From Clostridiales bacterium (GTDB lineage: Bacteria; Bacillota; Clostridia; Oscillospirales; CAG-382), in NCBI GenBank assembly GCA_016286245.1, contig JAEESG010000001.1:460-64459 (forward strand): DNA of 64,000 nucleotides, read 5' to 3'. The position numbers and the translations under genes were made by a program. This document shows positions 9,045 to 17,303 of the stretch, one piece after another. Positions within the stretch are counted from its first letter, which is position 1; each line of letters opens with the position of its first letter. The notes below the pieces were generated by a model. The model saw only the letters and a program-made list of their open reading frames with translations, did not search any database and was not told the DNA's origin.

Positions 9045-9190
9045 TTTTGTTCCTTTCTCTCAGGGGAGAGAAAGGAACCCAAAGAGAGCTGAAACATTAA
9101 AGAGATGTATAGTAGCATTTGCGCAGTAAAAATTCATCTGAAAATGTATTAAAATTGAAAGTTCTTTGCCGAGCTTTCTTTCAAGAAAGC
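9045..9190. repeat. Hairpin repeat cluster B. It has an H3 hairpin (9049-9078) plus CCAAAGAGAG at the left end, a central GCATTTGCGCAG segment, and an inverted CAAAGAACTTTC plus H2-type hairpin GCTTTCTTtcaaGAAAGC (9157-9190) at the right end.
   Basis: Bases 9045-9097 are identical to 55-107. Bases 9157-9190 are the reverse complement of a near-copy of 63683-63717. The element has an overall imperfect inverted-repeat layout. Confidence 0.8.
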
Positions 9191-9197
9191 GACCTGA

Positions 9198-9593
9198 TTA
9201 AATAAGATCCGTCAGTTTTTTTGAGTAAAAGAAGTTGTGGACAAGCTCGTCGTATTCGTGCCAGAGGGGGAGGGTGCGGCACTCCTTTGCGCGCGGGCAT
9301 TCTTTTGCGTCGGGCGCAAGGCAGGCGACGGCTGTAAGCGAATTTTCCATAAGGTCTATAATTTCTCCGACGGAATATTCCTCGGGTTTTCTGCAAAGCA
9401 TATATCCGCCGCCTTTTCCGCTCGAACCTTTTATAAGATTGCCTTTCACGAGGTCTTTTACGATTATTTCAAGATATTTTTTCGATATTTCCTGTCTTTC
9501 GGCTATATCTTTCAGCGGAACGTATCCTTTTTTGGTCTGCTCCGCAAGATCGAGCATAACCCGCAGCGCATACCGACCTTTTGTCGAAATCAT
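9198..9593 (-). CDS. Rrf2-family transcriptional regulator (IscR/CymR-like)
   Basis: The N-terminus MISTKGRYALRVMLDLA is typical of the Rrf2 HTH. Three clustered Cys are present (CLAPDAKECPRAKEC). The start was trimmed from the ORF-track 9671 to the ATG at 9593, which has an AAGGAAG RBS. Confidence 0.9.
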   Translation of the reverse strand: MISTKGRYALRVMLDLAEQTKKGYVPLKDIAERQEISKKYLEIIVKDLVKGNLIKGSSGKGGGYMLCRKPEEYSVGEIIDLMENSLTAVACLAPDAKECPRAKECRTLPLWHEYDELVHNFFYSKKLTDLI

Positions 9594-9614
9594 ACGATCT
9601 CTTCCTTTCTTTTC

Positions 9615-9647
9615 ACCTATTATACCACAGGTTAAATAGGTAATCAA
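9615..9647 (-). promoter_or_regulatory. Candidate promoter of the Rrf2 gene with an embedded inverted repeat (putative autoregulatory operator)
   Basis: On the minus strand: TTGATT (9642-9647), 17 nt spacer, TGgTATAAT (-10 at 9619-9624). The inverted repeat ACCTATT (9615-9621) / AATAGGT (9635-9641) spans the spacer. Confidence 0.55.
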
Positions 9648-9690
9648 GCATTTTATCTGATTTTTTTGCAAAACCGTATATTTTTATGTA

Positions 9691-9727
9691 ATTACCTATT
9701 GACATAGTAGGCAAAAGGCTGTATAAT
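9691..9727 (+). promoter_or_regulatory. Candidate sigmaA promoter of nifS-nifU-mnmA, overlapped by a third copy of the ATTACCTAT motif
   Basis: TTGACA (9699-9704), 17 nt spacer, TATAAT (9722-9727). ATTACCTATT (9691-9700) is the reverse complement of ATAGGTAAT at 9636-9644. Confidence 0.6.
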
Positions 9728-9755
9728 ATAAAAAAACACATGAGGAGGAAAGGAA

Positions 9756-10943
9756 ATGAATATATACGCGGATAACGCCGCGACGACAAAAATGAGCAAA
9801 AAGGCGGTTTCGGCGATGATGCCGTATTTTGAAGAACTTTACGGCAACCCGTCAAGCCTTTATTCTGCGGGACAGAGGGCGAAAGAGGCGATAGAGGAGG
9901 CGCGCGAGACGATAGCCGGGATTATCGGAGCTTCCGCGCGCGAGATTATATTTACGTCGGGCGGCACCGAGAGCGACAATCAGGCGATAATGTCGGCGGC
10001 GGCAAACGGAAAGCGGCAGGGAAAATATCACATCATTTCCGACGCAATCGAGCACCACGCGGTGCTTCACACGTTGAAAAAGCTTGAAAAAGAGGGCTTT
10101 GAAGTAACCTACGTTCCCGTTCACAAAAACGGTATAATAAACGTTTCGGCGCTTGAAAAGGCGATAAGGGACGACACCTGCCTTGTTACCGTCATGTACG
10201 CAAACAACGAGATAGGAACGGTACAGCCGATAAAGAAGATAAGCGAAATATGCCGTCGGCGCGGAGTCGTTTTCCACACCGACGCGGTGCAGGCGGTCGG
10301 ACACGTTCCGATAGACGTAAACGACCTTGGCGTTGATATGCTTTCGGCGTCGGCGCATAAATTTCACGGCGCAAAGGGCACGGGATTCTTATACGTTCGG
10401 CGCGGAGTGCGTATTTCGAGTTTTATAGAGGGCGGCGAGCAGGAAAGAGGAAGACGCGCGGGCACGGAAAACGTCGCGGGCATAGTTTCGATGGGAGCGG
10501 CTCTCAAAGAAGTTGCCGCGGATATAGACAAAAACGTACCGAGAATTACGGCTTTGCGAAACAGACTTATCGACGGGCTTTCCGAGATACCGCATTCGGC
10601 GCTCAACGGAGACAGGGAAAAGAGGCTTCCCGGAAACGTGAATTTCTGCTTTGAGGGCATTGAGGGCGAGTCGCTGCTGCTGCTCCTCGATGACAAAGGA
10701 ATAAGCGCTTCTTCGGGATCTGCGTGCGCGTCGGGCTCGCTTGACCCGAGCCACGTGCTTCTTGCGATAGGCAGGGTGCACGACGTTGCGCACGGCTCGC
10801 TCAGACTTACGCTCGGCGAGGATATAACGCAGAAGGAAATCGCGTATATTATAAAATCGGTTAAAGAAGCGGTTGAATATCTGAGAGGATTTTCTCCCGT
10901 CTGGAACGACTGCGTGTCGGGCAAATCCAAATTCATATTGTAA
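9756..10943 (+). CDS. nifS: Cysteine desulfurase (NifS/IscS, class V aminotransferase)
   Basis: 395 aa. PLP-lysine motif SAHKFHGAKG and the active-site loop SSGSACASG are present. GGAGGA RBS. Confidence 0.95.
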   Translation: MNIYADNAATTKMSKKAVSAMMPYFEELYGNPSSLYSAGQRAKEAIEEARETIAGIIGASAREIIFTSGGTESDNQAIMSAAANGKRQGKYHIISDAIEHHAVLHTLKKLEKEGFEVTYVPVHKNGIINVSALEKAIRDDTCLVTVMYANNEIGTVQPIKKISEICRRRGVVFHTDAVQAVGHVPIDVNDLGVDMLSASAHKFHGAKGTGFLYVRRGVRISSFIEGGEQERGRRAGTENVAGIVSMGAALKEVAADIDKNVPRITALRNRLIDGLSEIPHSALNGDREKRLPGNVNFCFEGIEGESLLLLLDDKGISASSGSACASGSLDPSHVLLAIGRVHDVAHGSLRLTLGEDITQKEIAYIIKSVKEAVEYLRGFSPVWNDCVSGKSKFIL

Positions 10944-10956
10944 GGAGGCAGAAAAA

Positions 10957-11340
10957 ATGGCATTATACAGCGAAAAAGTTATGGATCATTTCCGCAATCC
11001 GAGAAACGTCGGAAGAATCGAGGACGCCGACGGCGTCGGAGAAGTCGGCAACGCAAAATGCGGCGATATAATGAAAATGTATCTTAAAATAGAAAACGAC
11101 GTCGTAGTCGACGTCAAGTTCGAGACGTTCGGCTGCGCAAGCGCCGTAGCTTCCAGCTCCATGGCGACCGAGCTTATCAAAGGCCGGCCGTTAAGCGAGG
11201 TAAAAAAACTTACCAATAAGGCGGTGGCGGAAGCGCTCGACGGGCTGCCGGACTATAAAATGCACTGCTCGGTACTTGCCGAAGAAGCAATACTAAGTGC
11301 GCTTGAAGACTATCAGAAAAAAACCGGAAAGAAGATATAA
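10957..11340 (+). CDS. nifU: Fe-S cluster assembly scaffold protein (NifU/IscU N-terminal type)
   Basis: 127 aa. Conserved GNAKCGD, FGCASA and HCSVLA cysteine motifs are present. Confidence 0.95.
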   Translation: MALYSEKVMDHFRNPRNVGRIEDADGVGEVGNAKCGDIMKMYLKIENDVVVDVKFETFGCASAVASSSMATELIKGRPLSEVKKLTNKAVAEALDGLPDYKMHCSVLAEEAILSALEDYQKKTGKKI

Positions 11341-11344
11341 CCGC

Positions 11345-12427
11345 ATGGAAAAAGTCGTAGTCGGGATGTCCGGCGGAGTTGACAGCGCCGTTGCCGCATA
11401 TCTTCTGAAAAAAGAGGGATATGACGTTATCGGTATAACTCTGCGCATCTGGCAGTCCGATGACGGCAGCGAGGGACGATGCTGCGATATTGACGACGCG
11501 CGGAGCGTTGCATTTAAGCTGGGCATACCGTATTATGCAATAAACTGCACGTCGGATTTTCAAAAGCACGTTGTAGACCCGTTTGTTAAAAATTATCTTT
11601 GCGGACTTACACCGAATCCGTGCGTCGAATGCAACAGATACGTAAAATGGGAAAAACTTCTTTACTATGCAAAGATAACAGGCGCAAATTATATCGCAAC
11701 CGGGCACTATGCGTCGGTCGTAAAGGCAGACAACGGAAGATATACGTTGAAAAAGGCTTTGCACAACGAGAAAGATCAGACGTATATGCTGTATAAACTA
11801 ACGCAGGAACAGCTTGCAAAAACGCTGATGCCGCTCGGAAGCGTTTCAAAAAACGAGGTCAGAAAAATTGCCGTGGAAGCGGGCTTACCCGTTGCATCAA
11901 AGCCGGATTCTCAAGAGGTATGCTTTGTAACCGACGGCAGTTATGCGGATTACATTGAAAAGACAAAAAAGACCGGGTGCGGAGGAGAAGGTTTGTTTGT
12001 GGATGAAAAGGGAAACGTTCTCGGCAGACACAAAGGCATTATACACTATACCGTCGGTCAGCGAAAGGGACTCGGAATAGCACTCGGATATCCCGCTTAC
12101 GTAAAGGAAATACGTCCCGAAAAAAACGAAGTGGTAATCGGGAGCGAAAACTCGTTGTACAGCCATATAATTTTGTGCGGAAATCTGAATTTTATGAGTA
12201 TTCCGAAAATGGATAAAAACGAAACGGTAAACTGCACGGTTAAAGTCCGGTACGGGCATAAAGGACAACCGGCAAGACTCGTGCTTACGGAAAAAGACAA
12301 GGTAAAAATAACTTTTGACCAACCGGTAAGAGCCGCAGCTCCGGGACAGTCAGCCGTATTTTATGACGACGGGGGATATGTCATCGGAGGAGGTATTATA
12401 ACCGAAGTATTGGGACAGCGGGAGTAA
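11345..12427 (+). CDS. mnmA: tRNA 2-thiouridine(34) synthase MnmA
   Basis: The PP-loop SGGVDS follows the start MEKVVVGMSGGVDSAVAA. The start was trimmed from 11297 to the ATG at 11345, just after the nifU stop. Confidence 0.95.
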   Translation: MEKVVVGMSGGVDSAVAAYLLKKEGYDVIGITLRIWQSDDGSEGRCCDIDDARSVAFKLGIPYYAINCTSDFQKHVVDPFVKNYLCGLTPNPCVECNRYVKWEKLLYYAKITGANYIATGHYASVVKADNGRYTLKKALHNEKDQTYMLYKLTQEQLAKTLMPLGSVSKNEVRKIAVEAGLPVASKPDSQEVCFVTDGSYADYIEKTKKTGCGGEGLFVDEKGNVLGRHKGIIHYTVGQRKGLGIALGYPAYVKEIRPEKNEVVIGSENSLYSHIILCGNLNFMSIPKMDKNETVNCTVKVRYGHKGQPARLVLTEKDKVKITFDQPVRAAAPGQSAVFYDDGGYVIGGGIITEVLGQRE

Positions 12428-12431
12428 ACGA

Positions 12432-13337
12432 ATGAACGTTACACAGCTCAAATATGTTTTGGAAACGGCAAATTCATCATCAATGAGAGAGGCGTCGACA
12501 AAGCTGTACGTATCGCAGCCGGCTCTTTCGGCAAGCATACATGATCTTGAAGACGAACTCGGCATTTTGATTTTTGAAAGAACAAATAAAGGAATCTCTT
12601 TGACTGATGAAGGCAGGGAGTTTTTGATTTATGCAAAAAAAGCGGTCGGACAGTATGAAATTCTTGAAGACCGCTATTTATCACGCAACAGCGAAAAAGA
12701 GCGCTTTTCCGTATCAACTCAGCACTACAATTTTTCTATCAAGGCGTTTACCGAGGTCATAAGGAATATTAACCCGGACAAATATGTTTTTTTCATTCAC
12801 GAAACGAAAACAAAAGAGGTTCTCGACGACGTCGCAAGCCTGAAAAGCGAGGTAGGAATAATTTCTTTTTCCGGCTCAAACGAAGCCCTTATAAAAAAGC
12901 TTTTCCGCGATTACAGGCTGGAATTTACACCGCTTATGCAAAGGGAAACCTTTATATACGTCTGGAAAGGACACAAACTTGCCGGCAGAAAAGAGATTTC
13001 CATAGGAGAAATGAAAGATTATCCGTGCATTTCGTTCGATCAAAGCAGCGACGGCAATTTCTATCTTACCGAGGAGGCAATGGCGGATTATTCGTTTGAT
13101 AAAATGATTAAATCCGATGACAGAGCCACAACCATGGAGCTTATAGCTGAGCTGGGCGGGTATTCCATAGGATCCGGAATGCTGTCGAAAGAGGATTCCG
13201 TTCTGAAAGGACTCGTCGCAATAAAAATGATAGAGGAAGATCCGCTTACAATCGGATATATAACAAGAAAAGGAAGCGCCTTGTCCCGATACGGCAGGGA
13301 ATACGTAAAGGAGCTTCTTAAATACAAGGAAATTTAG
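12432..13337 (+). CDS. LysR-family transcriptional regulator, probably controlling sulfur amino-acid genes
   Basis: The N-terminal wHTH reads LKYVLETANSSSMREASTKLYVSQPALSASIHDLEDELG. At 301 aa it has the typical LTTR length. metY and cysK lie adjacent. Confidence 0.85.
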   Translation: MNVTQLKYVLETANSSSMREASTKLYVSQPALSASIHDLEDELGILIFERTNKGISLTDEGREFLIYAKKAVGQYEILEDRYLSRNSEKERFSVSTQHYNFSIKAFTEVIRNINPDKYVFFIHETKTKEVLDDVASLKSEVGIISFSGSNEALIKKLFRDYRLEFTPLMQRETFIYVWKGHKLAGRKEISIGEMKDYPCISFDQSSDGNFYLTEEAMADYSFDKMIKSDDRATTMELIAELGGYSIGSGMLSKEDSVLKGLVAIKMIEEDPLTIGYITRKGSALSRYGREYVKELLKYKEI

Positions 13338-13345
13338 ATAAAACT

Positions 13346-13417
13346 TTGCGATAGGCAATGCTTATCGCAAACGATAAACATAAACGAATTTACAAGCATT
13401 TCCGTTTGTGGTACAAT
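13346..13417 (+). promoter_or_regulatory. LTTR-box-like palindrome plus candidate metY promoter
   Basis: The palindrome TTGCGATA-N9-TATCGCAA (13346-13370) contains ATA-N9-TAT. It is followed by TTTACA (13389-13394), 17 nt spacer, and TGgTACAAT (-10 at 13412-13417). The palindrome centre is about -65 from the expected TSS. Confidence 0.5.
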
Positions 13418-13449
13418 ACTGTCAAACAAAAACAAAGGAGACGTAAATT

Positions 13450-14730
13450 ATGAGCAATTACAAATTTGAAACACTGCAGCTCCACGTCGGACAGGAGCAG
13501 GCGGACCCTGCGACAGATTCGCGCGCGGTTCCGATTTATCAGACAACTTCATACGTTTTTCATAACAGTAAGCACGCCGCAGACCGTTTCGGTCTTGCCG
13601 ACGCCGGAAACATATACGGAAGGCTTACCAACTCCACGCAGGACGCGCTTGAAAAAAGAGTAGCGGCACTTGAAGGCGGCGTCGCGGCGCTCGCGACTGC
13701 GTCGGGAGCTGCGGCGATCTCGTATACGATAGAGGCGCTGGCGCAGAAAGGCGAGCATATCGTCGCGCAAAAGACGATATACGGAGGAAGCTATAATCTG
13801 CTTGCGCATACGCTTCCGCTGTACGGCATTGAAACGACGTTTGTCGACGTTCATAACTTAAACGAAGTAAAAAGCGCGATAAGACCCGAAACAAAGGCGG
13901 TTTTCATCGAAACGCTCGGAAATCCCAACAGCGATATTCCCGATATTGACGCGCTGTCTGATATCGCGCACGAAAAAGGAATTCCGCTCGTCATAGACAA
14001 TACGTTCGGCACACCGTTCTTTATCCGCCCGATAGAACACGGCGCGGATATCGTAATCCATTCCGCGACAAAGTTCTTGGGCGGCCACGGCACGACGCTC
14101 GGCGGAATAATCGTAGATTCGGGAAACTTTGAATGGACTCCCGAAAAATATCCGAACATAGCGGCGCCGAATCCCAGTTATCACGGAGTGTCGTTTACGA
14201 AAGCGGCGGGTAAGGCGGCTTTCGTAACCTACGTGCGTGCAATTCTGCTTCGCGATACGGGCGCGTGTATCTCGCCGTTTAACGCCTTTCTGCTTTTGCA
14301 GGGCGTGGAAACGCTCTCTCTCAGACTCGAAAGACATGCGCAGAATACCAAAAAGGTTGTCGAATATCTTTCAAAGCACCCGCTTGTTGAGCGCGTAAAT
14401 CATCCGTCTCTTCCCGACCATCCGCAGAACGCGCTTTACAAAAAGTATTTTCCGAACGGCGGCGGCTCGATATTCACGTTTGACGTAAAGGGAGGAAAAG
14501 AGGAGGCGTGGAAGTTTATCGACGCGCTGAAAATCTTCTCGCTGCTCGCAAACGTCGCAGACGTAAAGAGCCTTGTCATACACCCCGCAACGACAACCCA
14601 CTCACAGCTTTCGAAAGAGGAGCTTGACGAGCAGAACATACATGACAATACAATAAGGCTTTCAATAGGCACTGAGCATATAGACGATATAATTGCCGAC
14701 CTTGAAAACGGATTTGCAGCGATAAAATAA
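13450..14730 (+). CDS. metY: O-acetylhomoserine sulfhydrylase (aminocarboxypropyltransferase)
   Basis: 426 aa Cys/Met-metabolism PLP enzyme. Motifs HSATKFLGGHG and YGRLTNSTQ are present. Confidence 0.9.
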   Translation: MSNYKFETLQLHVGQEQADPATDSRAVPIYQTTSYVFHNSKHAADRFGLADAGNIYGRLTNSTQDALEKRVAALEGGVAALATASGAAAISYTIEALAQKGEHIVAQKTIYGGSYNLLAHTLPLYGIETTFVDVHNLNEVKSAIRPETKAVFIETLGNPNSDIPDIDALSDIAHEKGIPLVIDNTFGTPFFIRPIEHGADIVIHSATKFLGGHGTTLGGIIVDSGNFEWTPEKYPNIAAPNPSYHGVSFTKAAGKAAFVTYVRAILLRDTGACISPFNAFLLLQGVETLSLRLERHAQNTKKVVEYLSKHPLVERVNHPSLPDHPQNALYKKYFPNGGGSIFTFDVKGGKEEAWKFIDALKIFSLLANVADVKSLVIHPATTTHSQLSKEELDEQNIHDNTIRLSIGTEHIDDIIADLENGFAAIK

Positions 14731-14812
14731 TTGTACGAAAAGGAATTTTAGTATTGCAAAATGCATAATAATATTGTATAATTATTTTATCAAATATTGA
14801 GGAGGCATAAAT

Positions 14813-15067
14813 ATGAACTACAGCGATCAGTCAACCTATTCCATGGCGTCCGGACAGGACCTGCCGTACGTGGTTTTACAGGTAACCCTGAAAGAGAAAT
14901 TCTTCGGAACGGGCTCGGGAAATCTCACCGAACTTGAAGCCGCCATCAACGCACAGGCAAGCAGAGGATATCGTCTGCATACCATTACTACCTCAAACGG
15001 CGGAAGCAAAGGATTTATGGGCGGAGACAGAATTCAGGCAACGCTCGTTTTCGAGAAAATCTATTAA
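14813..15067 (+). CDS. Small DUF4177-like protein
   Basis: 84 aa with a GAGGAGG RBS. The C-terminal pattern INAQASRGYRLHTITT resembles DUF4177 (GWxLVSV-type). It has its own TTGCAA-17-TGtATAAT promoter upstream and a terminator downstream. Confidence 0.5.
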   Translation: MNYSDQSTYSMASGQDLPYVVLQVTLKEKFFGTGSGNLTELEAAINAQASRGYRLHTITTSNGGSKGFMGGDRIQATLVFEKIY

Positions 15068-15093
15068 AATCATATTCGCAATAAAGTCCTCAA

Positions 15094-15126
15094 AAGCCTT
15101 GGAGTATAAAACTTCAAGGCTTTTTG
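15094..15126 (+). terminator. Rho-independent terminator
   Basis: AAGCCTTG-13 nt loop-CAAGGCTT followed by TTTTT. Confidence 0.7.
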
Positions 15127-15192
15127 AATATAAAATCACTTTTAACAATAATATTATATATAAAAATCAATAATTACGAAAGGAAATTTACA

Positions 15193-16122
15193 ATGTCAAA
15201 AATATATACGTCCGCCGATAAGCTTATCGGCAAAACACCGCTTCTTGAACTTACGCATATTGAAGAAAAATACAAACTTTTTGCAAAAATCGCCGCAAAA
15301 CTCGAATATTTCAACCCCGCCGGCTCCGTCAAGGACAGAATCGCAAAGGAAATGCTCGACGACGCCGAAAAAAGCGGAAAATTAAAGAAAAATTCCGTCA
15401 TAATCGAGCCCACCTCGGGCAATACGGGCATAGGTCTTGCGTCGGTCGCCGCCGCAAGAGGCTACCGCCTCATCCTCACCATGCCCGAAACCATGTCGGT
15501 TGAAAGACGCAGGCTGATAAACGCATACGGCGCGGAAATTGTGCTGACACAAGGCGCAAAGGGCATGAAGGGCGCGATAGAAAAGGCAAACGAGCTTGCA
15601 AAGGAAATCCCCGAAAGCTTTATTCCGGGACAGTTCGTAAATCCCGCAAATCCGAAGGCGCACAGAGAGCATACCGGACCCGAAATCTGGGAGGATACCG
15701 ACGGAAAAGTCGATATTTTCGTCGCAGGCGTCGGCACGGGCGGCACCGTAACGGGCGTCGGCGAATTTTTAAAATCAAAAAACGAAAATATAAAGATTGT
15801 CGCCGTCGAGCCGGAAACGAGCGCCGTTCTTTCGACGGGAGTTGCCGGCGCGCATAAGATTCAGGGAATCGGCGCGGGCTTTGTGCCTGACGTTCTCAAC
15901 ACGAAAATATATGATGAAATCATTCCCGTGTCAAACGAGGACGCGTTTGCAACGGCAAAGGAAATCGGAAAAAGCGAGGGAATACTCGTAGGAATTTCAT
16001 CGGGCGCCGCGGCGTTTGCGGCAATCAAGCTCGCAAAAAGAAAGGAAAACGAGGGCAAAACCATAGTCGTGCTTCTTCCCGACTCGGCTGACAGATATAT
16101 GTCAACTCCGCTTTTTGAATAA
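15193..16122 (+). CDS. cysK: Cysteine synthase A (O-acetylserine sulfhydrylase)
   Basis: PLP-lysine motif GSVKDR and the TSGNTG loop are present. The start was trimmed to [20 protein letters not shown] (ATG at 15193). Confidence 0.95.
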   Translation: MSKIYTSADKLIGKTPLLELTHIEEKYKLFAKIAAKLEYFNPAGSVKDRIAKEMLDDAEKSGKLKKNSVIIEPTSGNTGIGLASVAAARGYRLILTMPETMSVERRRLINAYGAEIVLTQGAKGMKGAIEKANELAKEIPESFIPGQFVNPANPKAHREHTGPEIWEDTDGKVDIFVAGVGTGGTVTGVGEFLKSKNENIKIVAVEPETSAVLSTGVAGAHKIQGIGAGFVPDVLNTKIYDEIIPVSNEDAFATAKEIGKSEGILVGISSGAAAFAAIKLAKRKENEGKTIVVLLPDSADRYMSTPLFE

Positions 16123-16123
16123 T

Positions 16124-16160
16124 AAAAAAACACCGCCGAAAAATTTTCGGCGGTGTTTTT
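16124..16160. terminator. Bidirectional rho-independent terminator between convergent cysK and the membrane operon
   Basis: CACCGCCGAAAA-a-TTTTCGGCGGTG with an A-run on the left and a T-run on the right. Confidence 0.85.
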
Positions 16161-16168
16161 GCGCTCAT

Positions 16169-16528
16169 TTAAAATATAAACGGTGAAAGAATAACTCCCG
16201 CCGTATACGAAAACGCGTTCAAAATGAGGGACAGCAAAAAAGGCGGGATTTTTTTGTACGACAAAAACCGTTTGTAGATGAAATATTCCGCAAAAAGCGC
16301 GAAAATTTCAAGCAAAACGAGCGAAATATTCCGCGAAAGAGCCCCGTATTTAAGATTGAAATACAGAGGGAGAATCGACACAAGCGGATTTGTCATGACG
16401 TTTGCCAGAACCACGTTGAAAAGGTCTTTGCCTTTTCTCACGCCGAGAATAAACGCAAGGACTGTCTCGAAAATAACGGTGAGAACGAGGCAGACGGAAA
16501 AAATATACGGCAGATAAAGGCTTTTCAT
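16169..16528 (-). CDS. Small polytopic membrane protein (about 4 TM), unknown function
   Basis: Hydrophobic segments run throughout. The start was trimmed to MKSLYL (ATG at 16528), 2 nt after the upstream gene's stop codon, which suggests translational coupling. Confidence 0.7.
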   Translation of the reverse strand: MKSLYLPYIFSVCLVLTVIFETVLAFILGVRKGKDLFNVVLANVMTNPLVSILPLYFNLKYGALSRNISLVLLEIFALFAEYFIYKRFLSYKKIPPFLLSLILNAFSYTAGVILSPFIF

Positions 16529-16529
16529 G

Positions 16530-17024
16530 CTACTTTTTCTTTGTGTTTGCAAGCACTATCGCGCTTAAAGCAAGATTTACGCAAAGAAGCGCGATTATTA
16601 CCCACGTTAGCATCTCGCCGAGTTCGGACTCATGCGTTCCCGAAGCGTCAACCGGCTTGAAATCTTCGGCGGGTTCAGGCTCGTTTTCGGGCTTTTCCTC
16701 CGGCTTTTTTTCGGAATTTTCCGTAAACAGCTCGGCAAGCGTTACGTCCTCTCTTTTAACGAGAAAAAACGTGCCGTCGCAGTAAACGTCAAGGAAATTT
16801 CCTCTTTCCTCGTGAACCGTAACGTCCGCTCCGTATTTTATAAGTACGTTTGTTGGCGAGTCGTCGTAATAGCTGTAAGCGACGGCGCCGTCGGGATTGC
16901 ATATTTTCGCTTCGTACGGGTCGATTTCGGGAACGGCGATGTCAGCACTCGCAAAAATACAAAGAGCGGCGCAAAGGAGCGCAAATATAAGTATGAAATT
17001 AACCGTCTTTTTCATTTTCTTCAT
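16530..17024 (-). CDS. Secreted protein with a signal peptide, an SH3b-like domain, an acidic P/E linker and a C-terminal TM anchor
   Basis: MKKMKKTVNFILIFALLCAALCIFASA is a signal peptide. The segment AKICNPDGAVAYSYYDD...VTVHEERGNFLDVYCDGTFFLVKREDV is SH3b-like. The C-terminus WVIIALLCVNLALSAIVLANTKKK is a TM anchor. The start could be 17024 or 17015. Confidence 0.7.
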   Translation of the reverse strand: MKKMKKTVNFILIFALLCAALCIFASADIAVPEIDPYEAKICNPDGAVAYSYYDDSPTNVLIKYGADVTVHEERGNFLDVYCDGTFFLVKREDVTLAELFTENSEKKPEEKPENEPEPAEDFKPVDASGTHESELGEMLTWVIIALLCVNLALSAIVLANTKKK

Positions 17025-17289
17025 CCTTTCTTTCCTCGGGCGTTGCCGCAGGCTTTGCCAAAAGCTCTTTTTCTTTGGGAATATTTTCGGAGCCTTTGCG
17101 GCGGAAAATGAGTATTCCTCCGAGAACAATAATTGCAATCGCAAGGACCGCGGTTATGACGGTGATGCCTTCGGGAGTTACCGTAAACCTGTCGGGAGGC
17201 TCAACGGGCGCCACGTCGGCGGATACCGCAAGAGCGGTTGAAATTGCGGCAAACAGAACGCCGCAGATAAAACGAACGGTTTTTTTCAT
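16999..17289 (-). CDS. Small (96 aa) signal-peptide plus single-TM protein; its N-terminus is paralogous to that of the downstream gene
   Basis: MKKTVRFICGVLFAAISTALAVSADVAPVEPP, then a TM segment (ITAVLAIAIIVLGGILIF), then a charged tail. The start was trimmed to the ATG at 17289. Confidence 0.65.
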   Translation of the reverse strand: MKKTVRFICGVLFAAISTALAVSADVAPVEPPDRFTVTPEGITVITAVLAIAIIVLGGILIFRRKGSENIPKEKELLAKPAATPEERKDEENEKDG

Positions 17290-17303
17290 AAAAACACCCT
17301 TTC

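Noticed and set aside
1-9190. CRISPR-array, integron attC or invertible-promoter (inverton) interpretation of the hairpin repeats around the giant gene.
   Set aside because: - CRISPR: there is no regular repeat-spacer periodicity and there are no cas genes.
- Integron attC: the hairpin ends do not fit the RYYYAAC/GTTRRRY attC cores, and no integrase is present.
- Inverton: the long repeats flanking the gene are direct, not inverted, so they cannot flip a promoter.
9594-9671. 5' extensions in the ORF track for the Rrf2 gene (to 9671), mnmA (11297), cysK (15124), sdpR (20463), priA (26110), addB (42296), the CAP protein (47789), ispE (57648), the HTH protein (60068) and the membrane-operon genes (17144, 17358, 16552).
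   Set aside because: In each case the extension overlaps the upstream gene or the promoter region, encodes non-conserved residues, and lacks an RBS. An internal ATG/GTG with a GGAGG-type RBS starts exactly at the conserved family N-terminus.
13338-15192. SAM (S-box) or T-box riboswitches upstream of metY and cysK.
   Set aside because: The leaders are only about 30-110 nt. They lack the conserved S-box or T-box sequence blocks and have no terminator/antiterminator pair. Protein-based control by LysR and Rrf2 seems more likely. A covariance-model search would be needed to confirm this.
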